A stretch of DNA of 64,000 nucleotides, taken from contig JAUCBJ010009012.1 in the NCBI GenBank assembly GCA_032718475.1, positions 15,859 to 79,858 of the forward strand, in the 5' to 3' direction. Positions 36,901-47,850 of the stretch are shown here, piece after piece; within the stretch, counting starts at the first letter, position 1, and the number at the start of each line of letters is the position of its first letter. Under the pieces are notes generated by a model. That model worked only from the letters and a program-made list of their open reading frames with translations, searched no databases and was not told where the DNA came from. The position numbers were made by a program, and so were the translations under genes. This stretch comes from Nemertoderma westbladi. Taxonomy: Eukaryota; Animalia; Xenacoelomorpha.

Positions 36901-39900
36901 CCTAACAGAATGCACGGAAGAAAGCCCGAAGAAAGAACGAGAGTGCATCACGTTACCCAAGGTAAAGTGAGTAACATCAAACCAAACTGTGCGCTGTGCG
37001 ACGGGCCCCACCGTTTGAGTGCGTGTGCTGAATTTCTAAAGAAATCCCTTGTAGACAGACGTAAAGTCATGTGGGATAAGCGGTTATGCTATAATTGCCT
37101 CAGATCAGGACACCAACGGCGAACCTGTTACTCCGACGTAAAGTGTGCAAAGTGTGGCGCGAAACATCACATCTTGTTACACAGTGAGTTCGAACGAGAC
37201 AACCCGAGTCAGGTAAGTGAGCCCGAACTACATGTCCAATTCAGTGATGTAAATGACACTGATCAAGAGTCTGAGATGGAAGGATTCTATACTGACGAAT
37301 TCTCCGACGCCAACGAATCCTGTTACCTAATAAATACCGCAGTGTATCGAGCACATACTTACGAAAAGGACACCGACAATGAGTTTCCCCCAACTACTTT
37401 TGCCAGACAACCATCTTGGAAAGCTCCAACTTCCAACGTAGGAATCAGAGAATTTCCTGTAGTGCAGGTAAGAGTTCACAGTCCTAACAAAAGTTACATA
37501 GTGAACGCCCTCCTTGACTCCGGCAGCACAGGAACATTCATCGATAAAGAACTAGCCGAAGATATCTTTGCTGGACAACCCAAATTCCGGACTAAATTGA
37601 ATATGTCAGGAATTATGCAGGTTTGGAAATCTACCCTAACGGCAGATTACTATGTAGGTGTGTTGTCCACCCCCCAGGATAAATTAGGAGCACAAGGTAT
37701 AAGGTCGGTAAAAATGGTGGCTATAAAGAACTTCGCTACTACCCAAGCAGAACTTTATAATTGGGACGAGGATGAGAGCATCCAACAGCTTAAGATACCT
37801 CGATTCCAGACAGATTATCCTGGAGTGCAAATACTCATCGGCCAAAACGCGCATGAGGCGCTCGAGACATTGGAGAAACGGCCTGCTCAACCGCAGCCAC
37901 TGCAAACCTATGCGGTAAGAACTAGAGTAGGTTGGTACTTTACTGGCCCTTCCCGCAGAACTCTCGAAGAGAGAATGCCACAAGAACGAATATACCAAGT
38001 AAACGATTGGGAAGTGGAGAGCAGTGAGGTGGACGAACTAACTGAGGGAACACCATACTCCTCAGATAATGACGACATCTACCAACTCTTCGATGAAGAG
38101 AACACAATCGACCTACTTACAGAAAACAAAACTTGGAAAAACCAGGTGAACCTATGTCAACTGATTCGCCCATCGGGACCCATTGATTACAATGACGAAC
38201 TAAATGATGAGATAGAGCGCTACAACGCTAGAACTCGGGACGAACTCGCCGTACGATTCTTTACTCAAGAATTGGTAGAGCCCAATTCATACGATAAGGC
38301 CCTATCGATAGAAGAAGAAAGAGCCAAGCAAATCCAGGAAACAACTACACGTTTTTTAAAAGATCAAGGTAGATATGAAATCGGCCTACCATTTCGAAAA
38401 CGAGAACCTAGATTTATAAATAACAGACCCTTGGCAGAGAAAAGAATCACTCAATTACATCGACGCCTTACGGCTAATGCTTCAGCTAAAGAAATGTACC
38501 AAACTCAGTTGAAGAAATTTATTACAAAGGGATACGCGGAGCGAGTACCGGAAGGAACACCAGTGACTGAGAGAACGTATTACTTAACACATCATTACGT
38601 TCCCAAACCCGGTAAACCCCATGAAGTACGAGTCGTATTCGATGGCTCCGCTCTATATATGGGCCAATCCCTCAATTCCGAGTTGTTACCAGGACCCAAC
38701 TTACTTCAATCTTTGTTGGGAATACTTTTAAGATTAAGACAATATTCCATCTCGTTCGCCTCCGATATAGAAGGAATGTTCTTACAAGTCAAGGCGCTGG
38801 ATAGAGATAGAGACAGCCTAAGATTTCTGTGGTGGCCTGAAGGAGATCTCAACCAGAAACCGGTAGAGTACTGGATGACCATCCAGGCTTTTGGGATCAT
38901 ATCAAGCCCTTCCAACGCCTGCTCCGTGGTGCGGACCACTGCGAATGACAACCGAGACGCCTTCTCCAAAGAGGTGATAGACAACATCAAGCGCGATATA
39001 TACATGGACGACAATTTAAAGTCCCTTCCATCAGTAGAAGAAGCCATTGATGTCGCGAAAGGAACGGTAGAGTGTTTGAAAAGAGGTGGATTTCGACTGA
39101 CGAAATTCACCAGCAACTCCCGTGAGTTTCTGGAAGCGATACCGGTAGAAGACCGAGGAACGAAAGATCTAGACTTAATAAAGGACGATCTTCCAGAAAC
39201 CAAGACGCTTGGCTTGAAGTGGGACACCGAAAGAGATATCCTGTTTTTTCAGCTAAAACAGCGAGATAATCCAGTTCGGACCAAACGGATTTGTTTAAGT
39301 ATCCTGAGCACTTATTTCGACCCATTGGGATTTATCAGCCCAGTTATATTGATTGCTCGGAGTTTAGTACAACAAATGTGGCTTGAAAACCACTCATGGG
39401 ACGATCCACTTAAGGGAGAACTGTTAAAGAAGTGGATGAAATGGGAAGATTCTCTACCTGCCATCGAGAGCTTTGTAATTTCCCGTGCATATTTTGGTCA
39501 TGTTCTTCCTACATATTCCTATCAACTCCATGTGTTTGGAGACGCCAGCGACATGGGAATAGGTATAGTAGCATATCTGCGAGTCGAAACTCCGAATGGA
39601 ATCAAAGTCGCCTTGGTTACCTCTAAGGCATTGATTAACAACAAGTTAAAGGTTCCTCGAGCGGAGTTAAAGGCGGCTTTATACGCTACAGCCATCGGCC
39701 GTAACGTAACAGAACAAATCGACTATCCACTGGAGAAAACTGTTTATTGGACCGACGCTTTACTCGTGTTGGAGTATATAACCAATGAAGTCTGTCAGTT
39801 CAGCATTTTTGTTACTAACAGGGTAGCTATTATTCTTAGTCGCACAAAGATAGATCAATGGAGACATTGCCCTGGTACGATTAATCCAGCCGATATCGCC

Positions 39901-41886
39901 TCCAGGGGAGCAACTCCACAGGAACTGATAGATACTCCAGACTGGTTGGGTGGACCCGACTTCCTGAGTAAGGAAGAGGATGAATGGCCTCCTCACCTTA
40001 CTACGGCGGAGATTAGACAAGCCAAGGGAGCGGAGAAAGTCAAACCTAAAACCCGGGCGAGTAAATCGAAGTTATTTAAACCGACGATCGATCTATCTGT
40101 ATTACATACTTCCGGAAACGATGCTTCGGATCCACAATCCCTCGCCACAAATAAGTCTGTTGTAGAAATTAGAGATAGAGATTGGAAATCTGGAACACCA
40201 GACGTCTCGCAAGGAATCTCACCCCTGCTGCAGAGAGCAATGCATCACTACAGTTCCTGGAATCGGCTCTGTAAAGCCGTCACATATTTAAGGCGATGTT
40301 TTCATCATCACTACTCCAGGACGAAGACCATTAGTGATACCGCTCCATTGACATCTGCGCAAGTTCATGTTATTAAAAATTTACCCAAATATAAGACATC
40401 CGACCGGTTTCTAAAGGAGAAAATCAGTTACCAGGAGCATGAAGAAACCAATAAGCAGATACTGAGACTCCTGCAATGCTATGAGGATTCCGATAAGTAT
40501 TTCCTGTTGTTGAGAAATCCGCAGATGCGCTTAAGGGATCGCTTCTCTAGCACAATGATAGATGGGTTAATACGTGTTGGAGGAAGGCTCACCAATGCGC
40601 CATTATCCTTGGACACTAAATTCCCCATACTCATTAGAAATCTTGAAGTACAAATCAAGATGATTGTAGATGTTCACAGTAAACTTTATCATGCTGGTAG
40701 AGAACGAGTTCTTAGCGAAATCCGAACTCGCTATTATTTTTATAAACCCCGTAGAGCTCTGAACCAAGTTCTTAGGAACTGCATACCCTGTAGGAAAGCA
40801 TTCAGTAGGCCTTTAACACAGCGAGAGGCAGAATTACCTAGGGAACGAGTAAGATTCTATGAACCACCTTTTACTAATACTGGTGTAGATTTATTTGGCC
40901 CTATTGAAGTATATCGTGCTAGGACTATAGTCAAGAGATGGTGTGTCATCTTCGTATGCATGACTTGTAGAGCCATCCATCTCGATATGGTGAACGATCT
41001 ATCTACCAACAGCTTCGTCTTAAGTTTACGCCGACAGATCGCTCGCTTCTTGACGAGTAATACCATGAGATCGGATAAGGGAACGAACTTCATTGGTGCC
41101 AACAACGAAATCCAGGCTTACGTGAAGGACTGGAACCAAAGACAGGTGGACGATCAGCTAAGGATAACAGCGTCTAGCTGGACCTTCAACGCCGCCGACG
41201 CCCCTTGGTGGGGAGGAAGTTGGGAGAGATTAATTAGAAGCGTCAAGACCGCATTTCACTTTATAGTGCCATGCCGCGCGTATCTCACCGACGAACTTTT
41301 GCGGACGTTAATGGAGGAAATAGCTGCCTATCTCAACGAGAGACCGCTTATGCCAGTCTCATCGAGTCCCGATTCCCTGGAAGCGCTAACACCCGCGCAC
41401 TTCCTACTGAAGAAACCTGTAGCCATGCTCCCACGATCGGAGATTACCGACGGAGACGAATACTGCCGTCAAACTTGGCAACTTATGCAGTTGCTATCCC
41501 GTCGTTTCGCTGACCATTTCGAGAAACATTATCTGCCCACGCTACAACTTCGAACTAAGTGGTTTGCGCGGCAAGAAAACGTCAGCGCCGGAGATATGGT
41601 GCTTATTGTAGATTCAGACCTCCCACGTAAACGGTGGCAGACAGGTCGTATCATCGAGACTCACATCTCGGATGATGGTTTAGTACGCTCGGTAGAACTC
41701 GTCGTCATGCGGCGTAACTTCAAGAAGCCAGGCATAATCTTTGAGACGCAACAACTCAATCGCCCAGTTGGTCGTTTATGTTTACTGGAAAGAGACAGAG
41801 AACTCTCCGGAAACTATGGAAGGCAAGACATTCTTCCCACGACCACCTCCCTAATTCCTCAAACATCTAGGGACTCCCCAACGTGA
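33925..41886 (+). CDS. BEL/Pao Gag-Pol polyprotein (2653 aa)
   Basis: Gag core (FNGD...W..F), three Cys/His knuckles (CALCDGPH, CYNCLRSGH, CAKCGAKHH), protease LLDSGS, RT RVVFDGS/YMDD, Pao RNase H (FGDAS, PRAEL, WTD, NPAD), integrase HH-CC plus GVDLFGP, SDKGTNF and GSWERL. Confidence 0.97.
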   Translation: MSDTQQNLSDSLIDTTICDTDRSVERLRKGFSSPPTERKVIPPVVVSDPRLIQHRRSIIGTRAQVKRNQEAAVQQQQHPSQETCSQRPDSSSSSDTVELTPERGVQMAATAYSDPLLTLPAAVLTTIFIAVEEHQVDWARSKRATQDSYAGYAREELMSIVESQWNFPGPGLPLDLSEATWEDIHRMEVTKDTMDPAVWKRSAAGYVQGFFGSLERLEEQLFRQPQGPQEQEELLYQVRERTLRIRLILSAFEETSKRRQDTSLQVAVKTWFQRVGLKVQETAQWKSQLAERPTYEEPTDATLSQEESKGTAERPRTRDAIDIYLSDYQRFLGDEELRRRLAGLRPNSEGAKLVLDSIDAEMLAANKAKFDEKLRLARVQEEQVKKKRIEDRKAAAVAEAERRASEETTQLELENLQETQDNLNKQLTASQMQMMRRSTPKRQGYTSSEESETTDPEGGGNRSRLSRRRKTSHRHKLPDLPPAVRRQLASTDLSSTEPTDQIIQVKRLPTIVDEPEIIRPVVPKATPVLETPVLPELNSKFPLHSITLPVPGRTVHENIPVLEAEREIKDLSPVVPRRPATMLATPASAVEWVEEGRRGMNLLLGQMQETVHQLKGTVRESRAELQEVQQSIALERDKLVNIQKGIPIPPVTLCQPVRSEVSHAQGVEPTRIYTASEVETPIANPIKGDYKPVVNDIPYRPDNNPRNSYTDNSILNNTMAQESFTRQMARTEARQAVKVGEIVKFNGDEMKWLPFNEYYKDSIQNSVLSNGEKLRFLIKCLEGPPKLMALKFIGHPDGLRQVWDTLNIRHGNKDNIAKYLYAKLVAPRNFLSSGIIEFSDEIQEICRQLDWLGKSHEYQSSMVIGAVVSTLPKGGVCTRWDKKVLYMNEQQRRSPTMADLMSFLDGEVKLQLIKQSREKTSENKVSEKPVSRRRVTPVCYTDDGESQASQEEDSGKDTDKFYYVNKTSKDVSKYKARTKDRREQVAKTPPQSPNRMHGRKPEERTRVHHVTQGKVSNIKPNCALCDGPHRLSACAEFLKKSLVDRRKVMWDKRLCYNCLRSGHQRRTCYSDVKCAKCGAKHHILLHSEFERDNPSQVSEPELHVQFSDVNDTDQESEMEGFYTDEFSDANESCYLINTAVYRAHTYEKDTDNEFPPTTFARQPSWKAPTSNVGIREFPVVQVRVHSPNKSYIVNALLDSGSTGTFIDKELAEDIFAGQPKFRTKLNMSGIMQVWKSTLTADYYVGVLSTPQDKLGAQGIRSVKMVAIKNFATTQAELYNWDEDESIQQLKIPRFQTDYPGVQILIGQNAHEALETLEKRPAQPQPLQTYAVRTRVGWYFTGPSRRTLEERMPQERIYQVNDWEVESSEVDELTEGTPYSSDNDDIYQLFDEENTIDLLTENKTWKNQVNLCQLIRPSGPIDYNDELNDEIERYNARTRDELAVRFFTQELVEPNSYDKALSIEEERAKQIQETTTRFLKDQGRYEIGLPFRKREPRFINNRPLAEKRITQLHRRLTANASAKEMYQTQLKKFITKGYAERVPEGTPVTERTYYLTHHYVPKPGKPHEVRVVFDGSALYMGQSLNSELLPGPNLLQSLLGILLRLRQYSISFASDIEGMFLQVKALDRDRDSLRFLWWPEGDLNQKPVEYWMTIQAFGIISSPSNACSVVRTTANDNRDAFSKEVIDNIKRDIYMDDNLKSLPSVEEAIDVAKGTVECLKRGGFRLTKFTSNSREFLEAIPVEDRGTKDLDLIKDDLPETKTLGLKWDTERDILFFQLKQRDNPVRTKRICLSILSTYFDPLGFISPVILIARSLVQQMWLENHSWDDPLKGELLKKWMKWEDSLPAIESFVISRAYFGHVLPTYSYQLHVFGDASDMGIGIVAYLRVETPNGIKVALVTSKALINNKLKVPRAELKAALYATAIGRNVTEQIDYPLEKTVYWTDALLVLEYITNEVCQFSIFVTNRVAIILSRTKIDQWRHCPGTINPADIASRGATPQELIDTPDWLGGPDFLSKEEDEWPPHLTTAEIRQAKGAEKVKPKTRASKSKLFKPTIDLSVLHTSGNDASDPQSLATNKSVVEIRDRDWKSGTPDVSQGISPLLQRAMHHYSSWNRLCKAVTYLRRCFHHHYSRTKTISDTAPLTSAQVHVIKNLPKYKTSDRFLKEKISYQEHEETNKQILRLLQCYEDSDKYFLLLRNPQMRLRDRFSSTMIDGLIRVGGRLTNAPLSLDTKFPILIRNLEVQIKMIVDVHSKLYHAGRERVLSEIRTRYYFYKPRRALNQVLRNCIPCRKAFSRPLTQREAELPRERVRFYEPPFTNTGVDLFGPIEVYRARTIVKRWCVIFVCMTCRAIHLDMVNDLSTNSFVLSLRRQIARFLTSNTMRSDKGTNFIGANNEIQAYVKDWNQRQVDDQLRITASSWTFNAADAPWWGGSWERLIRSVKTAFHFIVPCRAYLTDELLRTLMEEIAAYLNERPLMPVSSSPDSLEALTPAHFLLKKPVAMLPRSEITDGDEYCRQTWQLMQLLSRRFADHFEKHYLPTLQLRTKWFARQENVSAGDMVLIVDSDLPRKRWQTGRIIETHISDDGLVRSVELVVMRRNFKKPGIIFETQQLNRPVGRLCLLERDRELSGNYGRQDILPTTTSLIPQTSRDSPT

Positions 41887-43518
41887 TACGTCTGGAGTGG
41901 GTGCATGACTATATTATTCTATCTATTTTATTATATTTTTATATGCGAACGTTATTATGTACTTTATTATAATCGTTTTATTTAATTTTATTTAGTATAA
42001 TGTTATTTTAGATTATTTAGTAGGTTAGTGCAATATATTAGTGTTTATTACATAATTACACATAATATATATTTAATATGACGGCGAGAAATAATTCTTT
42101 CTTTTTCCTTACTGTCCGTATTATATTATAAATGCGAGACTATAGTAAGATGACATGTCAGTACTTATTAAAGTACAATAAAGCTCCTACTATATTTAAG
42201 TATTATTGGTAGGCAGAGTATTAGGAATGCAAAGTTCAGATCCTTGTGTCTCGGCTAAACCAAGCTCTGGGTAGACCTTGGAAACGACTTGCCTCTTCAC
42301 ACTGACATTGCTTCGTGTGATATTGCTCTTCTACCTTATATTAAATAATACATATAGTAGCGTGATGTCCCTCTAACAGTAGCGTAAAACGCAAATAAAT
42401 CTGTTAAACCTTTTGACCATCTGTAATTCTAGTCGATTAAGATATCGCGGCACCCACCGATATACTTGAAAGACAAATTCTAGAATCAGTGGTTAACGTC
42501 CCCAGACAAGTTCTGGAACAAGTTCGGAGACAAGTTCGGTGCTCATCTTAAATATTAATTTAATATTTATTAAAATCTGTAAAATTCAGATCCTTTAAAA
42601 TTTCTAGTCAATTAAGATATCGCAGCACTTACCGATACTCTTAAAAGACAATTTAATAGAATTAAGGATCCTAAGTCCCCAGACATGCTCTGGAATAAAA
42701 ATTGTGTCAATTTTAACATCAAATAATAAAATTCACGGGAATAAATTTAAATTCATATTTTAAATGAATTTCATAAATTGTCATTTTGTGCAATTTATAA
42801 CATTCCCAAAATTCCATTAATTAATAGATCATGGGAGCGGAGATTCATCCTATTGAGTGTATTAGAGTGCGAGAACCTCCAACATATAGTCAATAGCCGA
42901 TAAAATTAATAAAATCATGTATAAAGAGGATATTGACAATTAAAGAATTACTATTAAATAGCATTCCAGATCTGTATGCATGAGAATTACCCTAATTCTA
43001 CCGCTAGCTTTCCATAATGTCACCATAGCAACACCCACACTAGAATTAGAAGCCAGTTAAAAGAACAATAGAAAGCTTGTCCCATTGCATAGCATAGAGA
43101 ATACATAGCACACTGTTAGTATCCAAGGATACACAGTAATAACGTGACATTCTGGAAGGCACTGACTAACGGACAAATGGCCTGTATGTGTACAATTGGT
43201 GACAGTTGTGTGGAATTTATGCGTTTATAGGTGAATGTTACTGCTAAAGTATGTTTACAGTAGCTAGTTGCAATTGTGAAAGTAACCCAACTCTCCTATA
43301 GAAAGAACCTAAAGTGGATCCAAGCCTTTGGGACGGACAGTGGAGTGACTTGTGCCGGTTATCGTTGTCGTGATGTTGCTACATGTTGGCGTAAACACCG
43401 CGACTACGGTACATCGGCGCTGAGAATCCCACTGTCCGGGGGCAACGAGAGGTAGGCAGCGACGCCCGCTAGCCTAAACATAAACTCATTTTGATATTAA
43501 TAAACTCAGATAACAGAT

Positions 43519-46500
43519 ATGACGGAGTTGATAGAAGATGATCTTGGTATTAGGGAGCGATATACTCTACCTTTACAAGCATTTGTGGATAGCTTGATAC
43601 GCGGTGAAGCCGATCCAACCATTACAGAGGACGATGGTCATTATATCGAACCGCCGATGTCCCAAGAGCAACTTATGCGTGAATTGGACTATCGAAAATT
43701 CACCGCTCGCTATACGAATCGTAATGGTACGTATATGGACTTCTTAACTACCGGCCATCCTATCGATTTACATGATACGGACGATGTAGACACAGAAAGG
43801 GAAATGGTTCTATTTAAATATCATACCCAGCGGAGTCGTAACGATAAACCGAGAATAGAACATGAAAATTCTATTCGTAACAGACTGGAAAGAGAAAACG
43901 TTGAAGAACCGGATAAACGCATCGACTTCAACGACTACCTGGAATTTTTGAGAGAAACTTATCTCAACATCGCCAGTCAGCAGAACCTAGAGACTCGATA
44001 TCCTCAAGGTATACATCATGACCCTATGGTAGAACTCAAACGGCTCTATTTCACTATGATGTATTTTACCGCCGATCGTCCACTACCTGTTATCCCGGAT
44101 AGTTTTGAACAAATGGAAGAATATTGCAAAACTGGAGAACGATCACCCGCGTTTCCCCTGCAGGACGTGCGTCTTTGGTATTATTGTGACGAATGCCCTA
44201 GACCCAACCAACAAACTGAAAGACATAAACATCCGCGGAGACGTTGCGCTAAACACAGCTTTACGCGTTATACTTACGGGAGTTTCGAGCGAAACCTGTT
44301 CGACGTATCACCCACGATCGCTCGTCTTAAACGATCACTAAATAAACCTATGATCAGAGTTCCGGAATACTCGGTCAGGCCTCCTCATTCCCTAGTGAGA
44401 CCTCAAACTCTTGATCCTAACAGTATCACTGATCCTCCCGAACTATATTCCCTGTTCAAAGACTTAGTGTTACCCGAACAATTAATCGGTGGTGCTCCGG
44501 TAGTGGGTTCATTAGACATTCGCCCATCCTACTTAGCCGGATTGGGACGCGGGCAGCTAATATCGCCATTTGATCCTTACAATCGTCCAGGATTAAACCC
44601 GATGCAACCCGCCACGGAAGTCGAGGAGAGCGTTATAAGAAACGCTTTAGACGCCATTCGACAGAAGATCGGAAAGGGAACACAAGATTGTTTAGAGAAA
44701 CGTAAATTACAACAACAAGTCCAATCGGTGAAGGAGTTAGCCTTGCCACAGTTCGATAGAGAAATCCAAAACCTCTAGGAGGACATCGAGCTTGGACGCA
44801 CATATTCTCTACAAGAGTTTTTAGATGAACGCTTACAGAGACAAGCGGAAGAAAATCTACTCGAGGAGAAACACACGAAAATGGACGAGAGAGAAGAAGC
44901 CGCTTTAGCCCAACCTGAAGCTCAAATCCTTATGACAGATCTCTACTCTAAAACCGTCCGTCATCCCTCGATGATTCCACATTTCGGAGATAAACTCTTC
45001 GCGACGATACAACCTCAACCGGTTGATATCAGTACAGGATCGCAAAATCTTATCGCTGACGCCCCTATGTTACAGCGTCCGCCAATCGAGGCCGCTCGTG
45101 TTGACGGTATACTCGTTGAACCTCCGGACAATCGAGCGGATCTTGTCCGTCGTATGGTACACGATGTCAACATACGCGCTAGACCTTTACAGAACTCGTT
45201 TTATGGGATTAAAGACCACCCTTATTATGTTAATCTGACTCAATATTATATGGTAAAACCAGAAGACCTGACGCATAAGTTAAAGTTTCTACCACTAATA
45301 AATCCTCTAGACGTTGTCGAACTCGAACAATTGCAGAAACATCTGGATCAGTTAGTAAAGGTAAACTCATTTAGAAAACCATATAACATTTCTCGAATCG
45401 AGAAGGATATAGAACCTCCTTATAATCTCGATGGATTTATTAAAACTCGATTAGTCCATTGGAATCTAGATGTATTATTTGAAGAAGAGAAAATACAAAG
45501 ATATGGAAATGTGGAGACGTATACCACTCGGCACATGAAGTATAGTGATCTCCCTGACGCTAACCAATGCACCACCTTGTGGCATCCAGTAGGGATGACC
45601 CTAGAGAACGCCACCAAGGAGTGGAATGAAACTCTTAATGTTATTGAGATGTATGGAGTTGTCACCTATGATAATGAAGGTAGCGTTCCTGTCGGAGAAC
45701 TAGGAACTACGCGCATGATCCACATATGCGGATTAGCTGGTTCTACCCACATGTTTACTCGAGCGTGTTCCGACGTGATTGATTATTCCTTTGAAACTCT
45801 CACCGAAACACAAAAGAATCTCCGACATGGACAATTCGAACTCGCGCAGCGTTACGTCATTGACACCGAACGCAAACCGGCCATGGGTATCGATGGATCG
45901 ATGTTACCCCAGCCCGTACTCGAGATGTTGTTCAACGAAAGAATCCTTAAAATCGGCTCAGCTGTTTATGGAGATCTCCAAAACGACTTTCGGAATATGG
46001 AAAATATCCCATATCCTTTCGTGGATACGCAGCTGATTGCTCCCTAGGCAGAAGGTCGAGGTTTCTTCCGCACCTTGTATGCTAATACGTCTAGCAACAT
46101 TACAAAGGTGCAACGAACTTCCATCGGACATCTTGCCTTTCAGGAATACGGATGGAATTTTAAGGTCGGAAATCCCATCAACTATCAACAAGTATACGGA
46201 GACCATTATTCTCGATTATACTTTGATGGACCATTGACCGCACCTGGTGCCGTGTATAGCTTCATGAGTGTTCCACTCCGTCCCTCCTTAGCTATCTACA
46301 CGATCTTTGAAAACACCGCACTTGCCGGTTGGCTAGCCGATGTGTGCAGTTGTACTATACGCGCCCATCCATTAATACTTGGGACCAAGCTCGCTAAGCT
46401 AGATGAACATAATAAATTCATCCGCTTCGAATGTTTCCGGCGATTTTTAACCCCGTTCCGCAACGTGGATAGCCAATTTAAAGACCGCGCTTTGACTAAG

Positions 46501-47772
46501 CTCAGCCTAAGAAGCTCAGCTGCAGAGAAGTTAGATAGCGCTGGATTTGCCATTTTCAAAGAGATTTGTATATCGAACTTACACTCCTCTGTTATACAAA
46601 GACCTCGAATCCCCACAGGTTATTCTGTCGTGGAAATTCAGACAATAGGTCCACTTGAAGAGACAGACACGCCCACCTCAGCTATGCACTGGGAAGACGA
46701 ACCAATATGTCTAGAATCTGAGGAGATTCAGCCTATCGCGCCCCGGAACAGCGACAACGATTACATCCTAGAATGGTATCAAGGTCCACAGTGTCTCACT
46801 GCGTACGATTATCGACATGCCAACTATGTTTCTAGGCAACGTTGTCGGTTATGCGCATCGAGAGACCATGTTACGCCCATGGACACAAACGTCCGCTGTT
46901 CCTATTTCCAAGAACAACCGACGATGGAAATTTATTGCGCATATTGCAGACTCAATAACTTGCATATTTTTGCGGTTTGCCCTCAATTTATGACTCAATG
47001 TCACCATTGTCAACTAAAGGGACACGCCAGTTTCGATTGCCCTTTTAATCACGATTTGGAAAGCGTAGATGAAATGATCACACTACGTTACATCAGAGCT
47101 TGGGAAGCGAACGCTGATTTACATTGTGATTCGCGCCATCGCTTTTATCCTGGACGCGCTTACGAAGGAGTTTATGCGTTCCATCCTTATCTATTCGCTT
47201 CTGTCGAACAGAAATCACGCATATCGAGTTACGAACTACTGAAGCGCGTCGGAGAATGTATTCCAACCAAATTCGTACGCAAATTTCTCAGGAGTGTTAA
47301 TCCTAGCGACCTTCATTCCTATAACTTAATCAATTATATCCGTCAGGATCTGGACTATGGAGACTTATTTGTTAACTCACACCCCGAGTTACAGGAAGTA
47401 TATCGACGGCCTTACGAATACCGAGCCCGCGAACGCGAGTTGGAAAGAACCATTAAACCCAGGAGGTTTCTGACTGCCTATGGTCCACCCACGGCTCTCG
47501 TTCAGACCACTCGTAAAGGACCCGTAAGAGCGGCTGTCCTAAAACGCGCTCTCAAGGCCGTTAGACCCCTCTCCCCCGACGTTGATGTCAATCAACCCGG
47601 TACTTCGACTGGCGGATACACCGACCATAATCCTACACCCTCTGATGCAATCATATTGCACCCTTCACCCAGGAGTTATAGCCCTCCTTGTAAAGTGGCT
47701 CGCCCCAAAGAGAAAAGGACTCTGGCCAGCTTTAAAAAACTGCGTAAACGCCGTCCACGCAAGAAAGACTAA
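43519..47772 (+). CDS. Accessory retrotransposon ORF: one frame with two in-frame TAG stops (44776-78, 46045-47); unknown N-terminus, DEDDy (WRN/EXD-like) 3'-5' exonuclease fold, CCHC zinc knuckles and basic tail
   Basis: ORFs 43519, 44881 and 46075 share a frame and the gaps between them are stop-free; VVTYDNE (ExoI), LPQPVLEMLFNERILKIGSAVYGD (ExoII), FVDTQ, SIGHLA; CHHCQLKGHASFDC. Confidence 0.75.
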
Positions 47773-47850
47773 CTGTTTAGAGTATTTACGTATATTAGAA
47801 ACTGTGATTTTTGTATATTTATAGACTTGAATCCCATTTTCTGGGAGCGG

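Noticed and set aside
34754-41513. Short antisense or alternative-frame ORFs overlapping Gag-Pol (likewise over aconitase, Academ and sphingomyelinase exons)
   Set aside because: Shadow ORFs with no recognisable motifs.
43519-47772. Envelope glycoprotein interpretation of the accessory ORF
   Set aside because: No signal peptide, transmembrane anchor or fusion-protein cysteine pattern seen; nuclease and zinc-knuckle motifs are present instead.
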